A DNA stretch of 64,000 nucleotides. Origin: Tubiluchus corallicola. Taxonomy: Eukaryota; Animalia; Priapulida. The translations under genes and the position numbers were made by a program. The DNA is taken from positions 1 through 64,000 of the forward strand of contig JAQGDQ010000914.1 in the NCBI GenBank assembly GCA_030141605.1. Direction: 5' to 3'. Positions 1 to 12,849 of the stretch are shown piece after piece (position 1 is the stretch's first letter; every line of letters begins with the position of its first letter). The notes under the pieces are model-generated. The model made no database searches. It was not told the origin of the DNA and was given only the letters and a program-made list of their open reading frames with translations.

Positions 1-1713
1 AAACTAATCCCAAACATAAATGGTCAGTGTAAAAAGAGATAAATCTTGAAAAACAAAATATTTGTTTTTTAACAAATGGCTTAGAATAACAAAAATTGAG
101 GAAGATGGTTGAAAAATGTATGCACGTCTCTCGTATTACGTGACAGCCTACATGCTATGAGCAGCCTGGAAGATGGGCGAATTTCAGACCAACATTGCTG
201 TACTTTTAAAACATTTTTTAAAAATAAGTTGCAAGATTAGTTGACTTTTAATAAAGAATCAAACCTTTATCATTTCATAAATCTATCAGTCATACCACAA
301 TCCTGGTACAGATTATGTAAAACAAGGCATCATTGATAAATCTTTAGAGCTGATGTTAACATAGCGCAATCTATTATCTTTCTTCCTACCATTTCCACTA
401 ATACATCCTTCTACCCTTTCTGTGTGATCTAACCTTTCTCCCTGTTCTTTTTTTGTTCACTCATCCATTCTTTTTTATCGGGTTCACATGACAGTGGGCT
501 TATACAAGCCTTTGCTTTTCTAGCCCACTGCAGTACAATTATTCTTTTATGATAACGATAGTGTATGAAACATAATAATTTATTACAGTAGATGTAATAA
601 TTTTGTTGTCACTGTGTGCTTAATGTCATTATATTGTACTGAATGTGATAATAATAATAAATAAAAAAAATTATAATTGAGCAAGAGCAATCATTCTCGT
701 AGATTTACGTGGCTGTATTGTTAATGGAATGATATAAATCCAATTTTATGAACATGAACAGGATTAACCAGAATTTGGAAAATAATTAGGGGTGGCTATA
801 CACTGCCAGAAATTGAAAAGATTTCTTGGCTTCAAACTCAAATCGAAACTGTGCAGCAAATCATGCGCAGTGCTTATTGCTCTAAGTCTTACTTACTTTG
901 TCTAGAACAAGAAATTCCAGATAAACTGTGATGATCGTACGTTTCAAATATTCTATTAAAAGTATTGAATCCATAATTTTGGGTTCTAATCGAATTCGAA
1001 ATCAAGAAAAATACAAACAAATTGATTAAATTCTCACAGGCAAACACAGGAAATAGCCACGAAAAAACAGTTTTGGTTAAGCACTTTCTGAACTGAGGCC
1101 TGCTCTGTCACTGCTGCGTGTTGCTTTGGTACTTTCAGTCATTTTACTCACAAAAATGTAACACACTACAAACAGTAGTAGTGGGAAGCTTTATATATTA
1201 TGTGTACTTTAGAGGAAAAACGTTTTCAGTGCGCTTAGAAAAATCTAGAGTAATTAAACAGTTATTGATTTTGTATAAATTGATTATTGGCGCTGACATC
1301 AAACACACAACAGCTGTTTCCTAAAAACTGACAGTCGCAAAAATTGACGCACAAATCAATATAAATATATTTATATCAATATAAATCAACACTAGTTTTT
1401 GTGCTGGCAGGTAAAATCAATTTTTTTCTCGTAAGTCACTACATTACACTTACAAAATGAGTTTTGAATGTTTACCCAGTATGAAAGGTCATTCGGATTG
1501 CATAAGGTTTTTGTATGCACCATATCTTTTGTGAATACTGTGATATTTTTCTATTAAATTGAACTTTTGTACACCAGTGAGCACACGGCTTTATTTACAC
1601 AAAGTTTTTTATATTGCTAATTGTCATATGAAATGACTCATTTGACATCATGCCTAATACTGCTGTTTCCAACAAACTGTTTCCCGGCTTGTTTAGTAAA
1701 AATATTGGTCTGC

Positions 1714-2925
1714 GCAGAGCCAAGAAATTGGTCCATGAATTTAAAACACGGGACCTGCAGAGCCAGGAAATTGGTCCATGAATTTAAAACACGGGGCCCG
1801 CAGAGCCAAGAAATTGGTCCATGAATTTAAAACACGGGACCTGCAGAGCCAAGAAATTGGTCCATGAATTTAAAACACGGGATCCGCAGAGCCAAGAAAT
1901 TGGCTCATGAATTTAAAACATGAGACCCGCAGAGCCAAGAAATTAGCCCATGAATTAAAACATGGGACCCGCAGAGCCAAGAAATTGGCTCATGAATTTA
2001 AAACATGAGACCCGCAGAGCCAAGAAATTGGCTCATGAATTTAAAACATGGGACCCGCAGAGCCAAGAAATTGGCTCATGAATTTAAAACACGGGATCCG
2101 CAGAGCCAAGAAATTAGCCCATGAATTTAAAACATGGGACCCGCAGAGCCAAGAAATTGGCTCATGAATTTAAAACATGAGACCCGCAGAGCCAAGAAAT
2201 TGGCTCATGAATTTAAAACATGAGACCCACAGAGCCAAGAAATTGGTTCATGAATTTAAAACACGAGACCCGGTGCCAATTGGCACATGAATTTAAAACA
2301 TGGGACCCGCACAGCCAAGAAATTTGCACGTGAATTTAAAACACATGACCTGCAGAGCCAATTGGCACATGAATTTAAAACACGAGACCCGCAGAGCCAA
2401 AAGAAATTAGCCCATGAATTTAAAACACGGGACCCGCAGAGCCAAGAAATTGGTTCATGAATTTAAAACACGAGACCCGCATAGCCAAGAAATTGGTTCA
2501 TGAATTTAAAACACGAGACCCGCAGAGCCAAGAGAAACTAGCCCATGAATTTAAAACATGGGACCCGCAGAGCCAAGAAATTGGTCCATGAATTTAAAAC
2601 ACGGGCCTGCAGAGCCAAGGAATTGGCACATGAATTTAAAACATGAGACCCGCAGAGCCAAGAAATTGGTTCATGAATTTAAAACACGGGACCCGCAGAG
2701 CCAAGAAATTGGCTCATGAATTTAAAACACGGGACCCGCACAGCCAAGAAATTGACACATGAATTTAAAACACGGGACCCGCAGAGCCAAGAAATTGGTC
2801 CATGAATTTAAAACAAAACAAGGGGCCCGCAGAGCCAAGGAATTGGCCCATGAATTTAAAACACGGGACTCGCAGAGCCTAGAAATGGGCCCATAAATTT
2901 AAAACACAGGACCAGCAGAGCCAAA
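1714..2925. repeat. 43-bp minisatellite, about 28 copies
   Basis: Unit gcagagccaagaaattggtccatgaatttaaaacacgggacc(c/t); copies start at 1714 and 1757, giving period 43. The last copy runs directly into a 5S-derived sequence. Confidence 0.95.
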
Positions 2926-3275
2926 TCACGTTGAAAACATCGGTTGTCGTCTGATTATCGAAGTTAAGCAATGTAGAGCCTAGTTAGTGAACACCCACGA
3001 ATACCAGGTGCTGTAGGCTCAGGATGCCCACACTGTATCTCGACACTAGGAGCTGCACAAGCAGCCAACAGCTAGAGGGCAGAGGAGGTCAAGTGACCCA
3101 ACGGCCATGTGTAGAGGAGTAAATCTTCCAAATCAGGAGACGTGCGCCCTGGAGACGCTCAAGGATCGCACTGCTCAGCCACAGTCGACGCTGCAGCTCC
3201 ATCAATGTGATCAATAACTGACTCTCTTGGCGCACACTCCATTGTCTTCCGAGACAGAAGGATGCCAACAACAAT
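2920..3275 (+). mobile_element. 5S rRNA-derived SINE (SINE3-type), near full length
   Basis: 2920-3020 is a degenerate 5S (atcacgttgaaaacatcggttgtcgtctgat...gaagttaagc...ataccaggtgctgtaggct, C-box region deleted). It is followed by a non-5S body shared with the copy at 25055-25256 and a 3' tail shared with 19668-19796, ending in caacaacaa. Confidence 0.85.
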
Positions 3276-3411
3276 CACCAGTTGTGCATCTGCAGGGGTC
3301 TTTGTTTCGTGTTGCAAAGTTTCTCTTAGAAGTCCTGTTGCCTTCCTCTCTGCTTCTCCTTTTAGTTTGTATGCCTTTGATGAGAGTCCTAAGGGCTGCC
3401 CGACTGAGGCA

Positions 3412-4451
3412 TTACCTGGGAGATATCGTACTTACTTGAGCTGAACGATGTGAGGCGCCACTTACGTAAACTTTGCTGCTACATTTCCGGAATGGTCCGC
3501 ACCATATCCGTTGGTAATTCTGTCGAAATCTTGGATTTGTTATGGCATACAGGTACGGATTAATGAGAGAGTTAATGTACACCAGCCAGTAGGTGAACAT
3601 GTAAATGTAATCGTTCTCCATTGATAAATAGTAGCTTATTAGTTGACGGTAAACGGCATAAGGACTCCATGTGATGATGTAAGCAATGACGAGCACGAAA
3701 AGTGAAGTGGCTGCCTTTCTGTCCTTTGACAATAACTTGCGCGAATTTGCCTCTTTATGGGAGACGACAAAGTCCGTTTTATAGTTAAATTTTTTCTTTC
3801 TGTCATGGATGTTCTTATAAATGGAAATACTGAAGAACACGATGAGCGTTACCGGAATGAAAAAATCCGTGACATTCGTCCATATGGTGTATGGATGATG
3901 GTACAGGAACTCCACGTCACAGTAATTTTCCTCCAGTTCGGAGTAGCCCACAAAGTGCTCCCAACCAAAAATGCTGGGTCCCCAAAGCGCAAACACGATC
4001 ATCCACGTGACGATGATGATGCAGCGAGCCATTCTGATAGTTTGGTTCTGGTTGTATCTAGCGCCTTGCGAAACAAGTCGATATCGGTCCCAGCTGATGA
4101 GCACCATGGCAAACACGGATCCGGTGCACAGACAGAAGTCGATGAAGAGCCACAAGTCACAAAATACCATGGGAGCTAGCCACACCCAGTTCGCATAGAT
4201 GTCCTTGAATGCGAGAGGAGCGTCAATGCACCCAACTAAGAAGTCATTCGCTGCAAGATTAAGAATGAACGTATTTTGTACATTGCGCAGTTTCTTGTCT
4301 ATGCCGTATGACACGATTGTGGTCAAGTTGCCAAAAGTTGTCAGCAAACACTGGATGGTCACGAAAACGATCAAAAATGATCTTACGCCAGGTGGGAAAT
4401 AGTCAATATCATCTGTGTGATCGATATCGTCACATGATGTGATATTTGAAC
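3412..4451 (-). CDS. Class A aminergic GPCR, histamine H3/H4-like (main coding exon; upstream exon with start codon not located)
   Basis: Seven hydrophobic segments with GN (TM1), NLAANDFLVG (TM2), CDLWLFIDF with Asp3.32, ISWDRY, WGPSIFGWE, DFFIP, LSKDRKAATSL, WSPY and NSLINPYLYA. The frame stays open upstream of 4374 (SNITSCDD...) to a tttcag acceptor at 4452-4453 (phase 1); no in-frame ATG before an upstream stop. Confidence 0.88.
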
Positions 4452-5859
4452 CTGAAACATTATCAGTAGAACATTAGAGAAAACAACATTTTTTCTAAAA
4501 TCTGGCAGTGAATTGATACAAAAAGTTCCCTGTTCGCTTAGCAATACATAATCTTGGAATTCTATATACATTTCTAAATTTTGCACGTACAAATTGAAAC
4601 TTAAATTTACATTAAATTACATTATAGTCTTGTATCCCATCCAAGTCTTTCCTAAAAACTATCCTTTCAAATATATATTACCTAATATTATGCTTACTCG
4701 TTTGAAAGACTTACGTAGTTGGAAGAGAAGATAATTTAAAATCAATCAATTTATTTCACTCCAGCAATACATATACAATACATCAACATATAATATTATT
4801 GAAACAAAAAGAAACAGTATAGGTAAAAAAACGTTGATGAAGTCAAATTAACCAAATAAAAGAGTTGCTGTATGACACCTTGAAAGCCTGGCTTGTTAAG
4901 GTGGCACAAATGAGTGAATGAAAGAATGGTTAGGGTTAGTAGACATAATGGAATGGAAAAAATAGTAAGATTAGGGATAGGAAGAAGGAAAAGAGGAGAA
5001 GAAACGACCACAGTGTACGTTTAATTTGCATAGATGTATATTAAAATAGCATTATAATTGATTGGAGGCCATATATTGCAACTGCATCAGACATGGAAGC
5101 ATTAAAATTGTATTATAAGTGTTTGTACGAACTGGTAAAAACGCCCCAGTTAGCACCACTGGCTAACCAAAAACGTGTCATTTAATTAAAGTCCCACATG
5201 GAATGCAATGAGACGAGCACGCAAAATTACGATAAATATTATTTCCCGACCCGGCAGTATCTTGTGTCTACAAGGTCTAATCTACCAATTATGGTTTTAA
5301 CACAATTCTGCACTTTGCAAGCCACGACCAGCACTCAATAGCAGTGAATATTAATATATAATGAAATGGCAGGACGGGTACCTATCACATTATCAAGAAT
5401 AAGACACTGATTTAGCAGCGGTGTCCCAGCCATGTTCAGATGTTTATATAAATGTCATGCTTCCTCATCAAAGTAATCAGCGACAGTCAGTATGGCATTC
5501 AATCTAGGACCGGAATCTATCTAACTGTCAAAGATAATTACCTAGTATAATCTAAAACAATTATCTAAGATAAGATATGAGGGTGTGCCGTAAATAGATG
5601 CCTGTCTCCATGAGCGATGTGACAAACCGCACACGGGAAATTTTAAACCCGGTCATCACCATCTAATTACTGACCGAGTTCAGTGTTGCTTGCACATCAA
5701 CTACTTGGTTATTCATGTCACCCACAAATATGGCAATTGTGTCGAAACAGTAATGCCACTAGCTCATACGTTTTTTCATTCATAAATTTTCATTCACATG
5801 ACAATAATATTTATTATACACGAATTGCTGCCAATAGATAGTAAGATTATAGTTTTACG

Positions 5860-7058
5860 AAAACATGTACAACAAAGATACATATGAACAAACATGTACA
5901 GCAAAGATACATATGAACAAACATGTACAGCAAAGATACATACGAACAAACATGTATAGCAAAGATACGAACAAACATGTACAACAAAGATACATATGAA
6001 CAAACATGTACAGCAAAGATACGAACAAACATGTACAGCAAAGATACATATGAACAAACATGTACAGCAAAGATACATATGAACAAACATGTACAGCAAA
6101 GATACATATGAACAAACATGTACAGCAAAGATACATATGAACAAACATGTACAGCAAAGATACATATGAACAAACATGTACAGCAAAGATACATACGAAC
6201 AAACATGTATAGCAAAGATACGAACAAACATGTACAACAAAGATACATATGAACAAACATGTACAGCAAAGATACATACGAACAAACATGTACAGCAAAG
6301 ATACATATGAACAAACATGTACAACAAAGATACATATGAACAAACATGTACAGCAAAGATACATATGAACAAACATGTACAACAAAGATACATATGAACA
6401 AACATGTACAACAAAGATACATTTGAACAAACATGTACAACAAAGATACATATGAACAAACATGTACAACAAAGATACATATGAACAAACATGTACAACA
6501 AAGATACATATGAACAAACATGTACAACAAAGATACATACGAACAAACATGTACAACAAAGATACATATGAACAAACATGTACAACAAAGACACATATGA
6601 ACAAACATGTACAACAAAGATACATATGAACAAACATGTACAACAAAGATACATACGAACAAACATGTACAGCAAAGATACATACGAACAAACATGTACA
6701 GCAAAGATACATACGAACAAACATGTACAGCAAAGATACATACGAACAAACATGTACAGCAAAGATACATATGAACAAACATGTACAGCAAAGATACATA
6801 CGAACAAACATGTACAGCAAAGATACGAACAAACATGTACAGCAAAGATACATATGAACAAACATGTACAACAAAGATACATATGAACAAACATGTACAG
6901 CAAAGATACGAACAAACATGTACAGCAAAGATACATACGAACAAACATGTACAGCAAAGATACATATGAACAAACATGTACAGCAAAGATACGAACAAAC
7001 ATGTACAGCAAAGATACATATGAACAAACATGTACAACAAAGATACATATGAACAAAC
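5860..7058. repeat. 29-bp minisatellite, about 42 copies (with 25-bp deletion variants)
   Basis: Unit aaacatgtacagcaaagatacatatgaac; explains the long Cys/hydrophobic ORFs in all three minus frames. Confidence 0.95.
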
Positions 7059-7363
7059 AATCTAAATGTAGTAACAAAAATTTTAGTTGATCTAGTCTAT
7101 TAGTAACTTAGCATACGAATTCCTGTGCCTGTGTGAAAGTTTTCACCGTAACCTGAGTGACCACTGACTTTGTTTGGAGAGATTTGTATATAAGTATTTT
7201 AAAATGTAGGAAACATGTATTATGAATTTCATTTTTAAAATCGTCAAAAATTTGCGCATAAAATTTCGCGAAATGTCATATGAAACGCAATTGTGTTCTT
7301 AGTAAGAAAAGATTTTATTGTGAAATATCTGCTTACAGTTATCGCCTAGTTTCATTTTTGTCG

Positions 7364-7600
7364 CAACTTTGAAACACTTTTCCACTGCAGCTTTGAAACT
7401 CTTCTCCTCTACAACTTTGAAACCCTTCTCCTCTGGAAGTTTGAAACCTTTCTTCACTGCAACATTCAAACTCTTCTGCACTGCAACTTTGAAGAACTTC
7501 TCCACTGCAGGTTTGAAGCCTTTCTCTACTACAACACTGAAGCCCTTCCCCACTGCAGCTTTGAAACCTTTGTTCACTGTAACTTTGAAACCCTTCCCCC
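7364..7600. repeat. Diverged 24-bp tandem repeat, about 10 copies
   Basis: Recurring tttgaaacccttctccactgcagc-like units; the minus strand reads as 8-aa repeats (EKGFKxAV). Confidence 0.85.
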
Positions 7601-7841
7601 ACTCTGCACGAGACAAGAGAGCAAATGTTTCGCCACGTATAAATACCTGCTGCAGGGATTCCTCTACGAGCATGCGCAGTGCGATTTGTGGAGTGATATC
7701 TGAAAATTGAAACCTGCTCATACACTTGCTACAATTCAAAATTGTTGGAGCCTCCTTCTTACTGCACACCTTTTTCTTCCGCTTCCTCTCTTTCTCTCCT
7801 TCCTCTGTCCGGCTTGAAGATAGTGGCGCAATAGATGACTT

Positions 7842-7874
<33 letters not shown>

Positions 7875-8559
7875 TGTCCTTTATGTCTTCGTTCTCCTTA
7901 TTTTTTTATCTCCCCTACTCTCTCTCTCCCATCTCTTTTCATCATCTCTCACTTTCTCCTTTCTGATTCAAACACATACTTACTTTTTCTTTCTCTTTCT
8001 TTCCTCTCTTTCCCCTCCTCTCTCCCTCCCCCTCTCTCTCTCCCTTCCCTCTCCCTTGCTATTTTACAGCCTCTCTTTTTCTCACATTAAGTAATTGCAT
8101 TGTTTGACACACTAATATTATCTATTATTCTGTATGGTGCGGCTGCTTTTGGTGGCTCGTAAACATGAGTTCTCTGACAACCTGATTTGTGACGTCGTGA
8201 AAACTACGACAGGTTATCGCTTCTACCCATCCCGTGACAAGTTGGAGTTAATATGCGAATTACCGCTTTTAGAGATTATGTGGAAATGCTTAACAACGAA
8301 ATTTATCGTAAAAACCTTGTCAATGCCGAACAGTGATCTAGTAAAATTAAATTTGTTTCGACTAAATAACAGTCCTCTACCTGTAAACAGGCACTTATTG
8401 GCGACTAATGAATTTTTAAGAATAACTAAAGATTTTACTGCCCGAAATTTAGATTTACGAGAAATCCCCAAGCAGTCATTAAATATAATGAAAGTGATAT
8501 CGATAATTATATATTAGCAATATGGAAATGTAAGTGTTGCAACAGATATCTTTGTGGGG

Positions 8560-8910
8560 CAGCTCCAGTTTATCCATATTCTTTAAGTACAGCTCCCTTG
8601 AATATTCCAGTACAGAGAGGTAATAGAGAACTTGAGTTTTTAGCCTGCACATTTCTAATAGGGAATTTTAATGATTTTTTCTTCAATATTGGCTATGCAG
8701 ACAATAATATGCGTCAGTGTTTAGAGGGGAGGCAAACCTCACATCATCTGCTATTTGAATGTAAATTTGTAAGTCGCATTAAACGAGAGAATTTTGCACA
8801 CGTTCTACAGCACCAGGATGTTAACTATACGTTAGCTTGTCGTGATAATCTGATTTTAACTAACTTTACTAATATTTTATTAGATAATTTTATTTTGTCA
8901 TTAACCTAAC
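8560..8910 (+). mobile_element. Degenerate non-LTR retrotransposon 3' end (C-terminal Zn-knuckle region)
   Basis: ORF 8598-8909 contains FNDFFFNIG...QC...QTSHHLLFEC, resembling the LINE ORF2 C-terminal CCHC motif. Confidence 0.5.
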
Positions 8911-9129
8911 AGGATTAATTAATTTTAGAAAATTGTTATCAATGTCAGTTAGGAAGCTAATGATAATACAATGCCAGCATAGCTATTGTAAGTTGTTAAA
9001 TATGATATGTAAGTACTGGTTACTGTTATAGTCTCACTGAGCTGTCAAAATATTAATATATGACCACTGTCGTGGCGAACACCACGAATTTTTTTTTGTA
9101 AAAAAGATTTCGGTTATTGAGAAAAAGAA

Positions 9130-9784
9130 ATGGCAGAAACACTGTTTGGTGATGAATCATGGCAAAGATGCAAGTATCTCGGTAGTCTGCTGGCAACAGA
9201 ACACCACATATCAAGACGGAAGATAATGGCATTATCAGCTTACTCAAAACTCACAAAAGTTTTTGAGAATAGGAAGATTTCTTTGGAAACAAAAATGAGA
9301 ATATTCTCAGCCTTAGTTGAAACTGTATTTCTGTGTAACTCAGAATTCTGGACATTAAAAGCAAATCATAAAGCTGAAATTGATGCGTTTCAAAGGCGAA
9401 ATTACAGAAACATTTTGAGTAATAGATGGCCCAAGAAAATTTCAAACTAAGATCTATATGAAAAAATAAAAGAAGAACCTTGGACAAGAAAAATAAAAAG
9501 ACGCCGTTTAAGATGGATTGGGCATATGCTTAGACTACCTGATGATATTCCAGTAAAGATAGCTCTCCAACAAGCCATAGAAACAGCTAAAAAACCTGCA
9601 GGAGGACAAATGTTAACATATTTAAATTTTGCACAGAAAGATTTAAACACTTCAGCATTGATCCTTAGAAATAAATCCACTTGGGGCATTGCGGAGAGCA
9701 GGGAGTCCTGGCATAGGGAGGTGAGCAGAATCATGTCACTGGACGTGTGATTCATTGGATGATGATGATGATGATGATGATGAT
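9130..9784 (+). mobile_element. RTE-clade LINE 3' remnant with (GAT)n tail
   Basis: KYLGS, KMRIFSALVETVFLCNSEFWTL, IDAFQRR and RRLRWIGHMLR motifs; internal stop at 9450; (gat)n tail at about 9758-9783. Confidence 0.85.
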
Positions 9785-10053
9785 AAGCACGTGTTCTTTA
9801 ACTTTTTGTTTGATTTTATCCTTCAGTTTTAAAAATTATTAGGCATTGCAAATAAAAGATGTCTATAACAACCGCGATGAACATTAAAGAAACAATTTAA
9901 ATCAGTAGGCATAAACTGGTAAACCGCACACTTATTAAAATCATTTAGGTGTGAAACCGCGACTATATGTTATGTGGACATTTATATGAGACACTTTATT
10001 ACTATTATGTATACGGGATTATGTGTGTAGAAATCTCATTAAAGAGACCCATG

Positions 10054-10592
<539 letters not shown>

Positions 10593-10984
10593 GACCCATG
10601 TAGCAGAAGATGTCATGCGGTAGTCAAAATGAATTTGCAACAGTTAACGAGGAATTCGTATGATCTATTCTGTTCTGCAGCCATATATGGAGGTTAATTT
10701 ATTCTGGCGATACTCCTGTACTTTGGAAGCGCCACGGCTTTTATCACATTTGCAGGTGTTACCCTGGAATCTCTGCCCATTCTTCTACGGTTTCCTATTT
10801 TCAATAATACGACAATAATGGAATTTAGGTGGCACTAATGCATCGGCTGCACGATGAAACCATTGCGTGCTGTAATACGAAAATTCGTGATTGCGAAGTA
10901 AAAAGGATAAAATCTGTTGTGTCATTTATAATCCGAAACACTTGTACATCTTTGATTCTATGTGTGAAGAAAATAATACGTTTA

Positions 10985-11828
10985 CATGACTCAAATTACA
11001 CTTGCTACATACCGGGGATTAGGACCTTTAGTCCATTGCTATCTCTGCTACTGCATGACTCAAATTACACTTGCTACATACCGGGGATTAGGACCTTTAG
11101 TCCATTGCTATCTCTGCTACTGCATGACTGAAATTACACTTGCTACATACCGGGGATTAGGACCTTTAGTCCATTGCTATCTCTGCTACTGCATGACTGA
11201 AATTACACTTGCTACAGACCGGGGATTAGGACCTTTAGTCCATTGCTATCTCTGCTACTGCATGACTGAAATTACACTTGCTACATACCGGGGATTAGAA
11301 CCTTTAGTCCATTGCTATCTCTGCTACTGCATGACTCAAATTACACTTGCTACAGACCGGGGATTAGGACCTTTAGTCCATTGCTATCTCTGCTACTGCA
11401 TGACTGAAATTACACTTGCTACAGACCGGGGATTAGGACCTTTAGTCCATTGCTATCTCTGCTACTGCATGACTCAAATTACACTTGCTACATACCGGGG
11501 ATTAGGACATTTAGTCCATTGCTATCTCTGCTACTGCATGACTCAAATTACACTTGCTACAGACCGGGGATTAGGACCTTTAATCTATTGCTATCTCTGC
11601 TACTGCATGACTCAAATTACATTTGCTACAAACCGGGGATTAGGACCTGTAGTCCATTGCTATCTCTGCTATTGCATGACTCAAATTACACTTGTTACGG
11701 ACCGGGGATTAGGACCTTTAGTCCATTGCTATCTCTGCTACTGCATGACTCAAATTACACTTGCTACGGACCGGGGATTAGGACCTTTAGTCCATTGCTA
11801 TCTCTGCTACGGTATGACTCAAATTACA
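10985..11828. repeat. 69-bp minisatellite, about 12 copies
   Basis: Unit catgactcaaattacacttgctacataccggggattaggacctttagtccattgctatctctgctactg; followed by a (CAA/GCA)n low-complexity tract to about 12005. Confidence 0.95.
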
Positions 11829-12849
11829 AAAGCAACAGCAACAACAACAACAACAGCAAGTGGAACAAAACAACAAGAACAACAGTAGCAACAACAATAA
11901 TAGCAGCAGCAGAGGCACCGGCAGCGGCGGCGACGACGACAACAACAACAAAGACAACGACAATGACAGTCACTCCCACCAGTAACGACGACGACGAACA
12001 ATAACAAAAAAGATTTATCAAAAAAGTTTGTGGAATAGGCGCTTTTAGCCTAACTTAAAAAATAAATGAATTTGATGCAAAATCCTAACCTAAAAACTGG
12101 GCTGTATCACCTAAGAAATTCTACTTATACGGAAAGAATGTGGTGTAATTTTTTTCGAAAAATTAATTATGATTTCTCTTTTGCACCCAACCTTCAATTT
12201 CAAAGATTGAGAATTACGCGCATGCGTACCAATACCTACACTGACAGCGTTACTAAAATTCAAATATGTGGGTTTCATAATCTGAGTTTACACATTTTAT
12301 GGTTTAATAAGTACTCCTACATTATTTACCTATTTGTCACTTTTAATGTTTAACGAGTAAATTACGTGTCATGGTGTTTACTATCCAGTGGGAAATTTCC
12401 CTAATAAAGGAAAAGTTAGACAGTAAGTAAAATTTTATTTTCGAACTAAAAGTTCACAGAACGCACGTAATACATATACACATAAAATTTACTTAAAAAA
12501 TAATTTACAACTAATTCGAATTTATACACATAATGAAATAGAAGGATTTATGGGAATTAAATAAAAAATAAAATAAAATGGTTATTGGTAAATATTCATG
12601 AATTATAATAGTTTGTATTGCAAAGAACGTGGCTCCATCTATTGTGACAGAATGAAAACATTAGAATTTAAAATACCATTACATATAAAATTATTGTTAC
12701 ATTTTTCGACTCTCATCATAAAAGAACAACATCTTTTTTCTTACTAAAACGTCAAAACATACAATATTCAAATCTAAGGACATTTGTCTGGCACTACAAT
12801 CGCAAGGCAGCGAAAATATCCTTCCTTATGCATTTATTATAAGGTACTT

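Noticed and set aside
1714-2925. CRISPR-like regular array
   Set aside because: Head-to-tail units with no unique spacers, eukaryotic context and no cas genes; the same holds for all other arrays.
5794-7077. 400-aa Cys-rich ORFs in three minus frames
   Set aside because: Translation of a 29-bp minisatellite that lacks stops; all frames give the same permuted peptide.
10986-11888. 300-aa ORF with 23-aa repeats
   Set aside because: 69-bp near-perfect minisatellite; no splice context or recognisable domain.
12390-12401. Palindromic kB-like site GGGAAATTTCCC
   Set aside because: Isolated motif with no mapped TSS nearby; could be chance.
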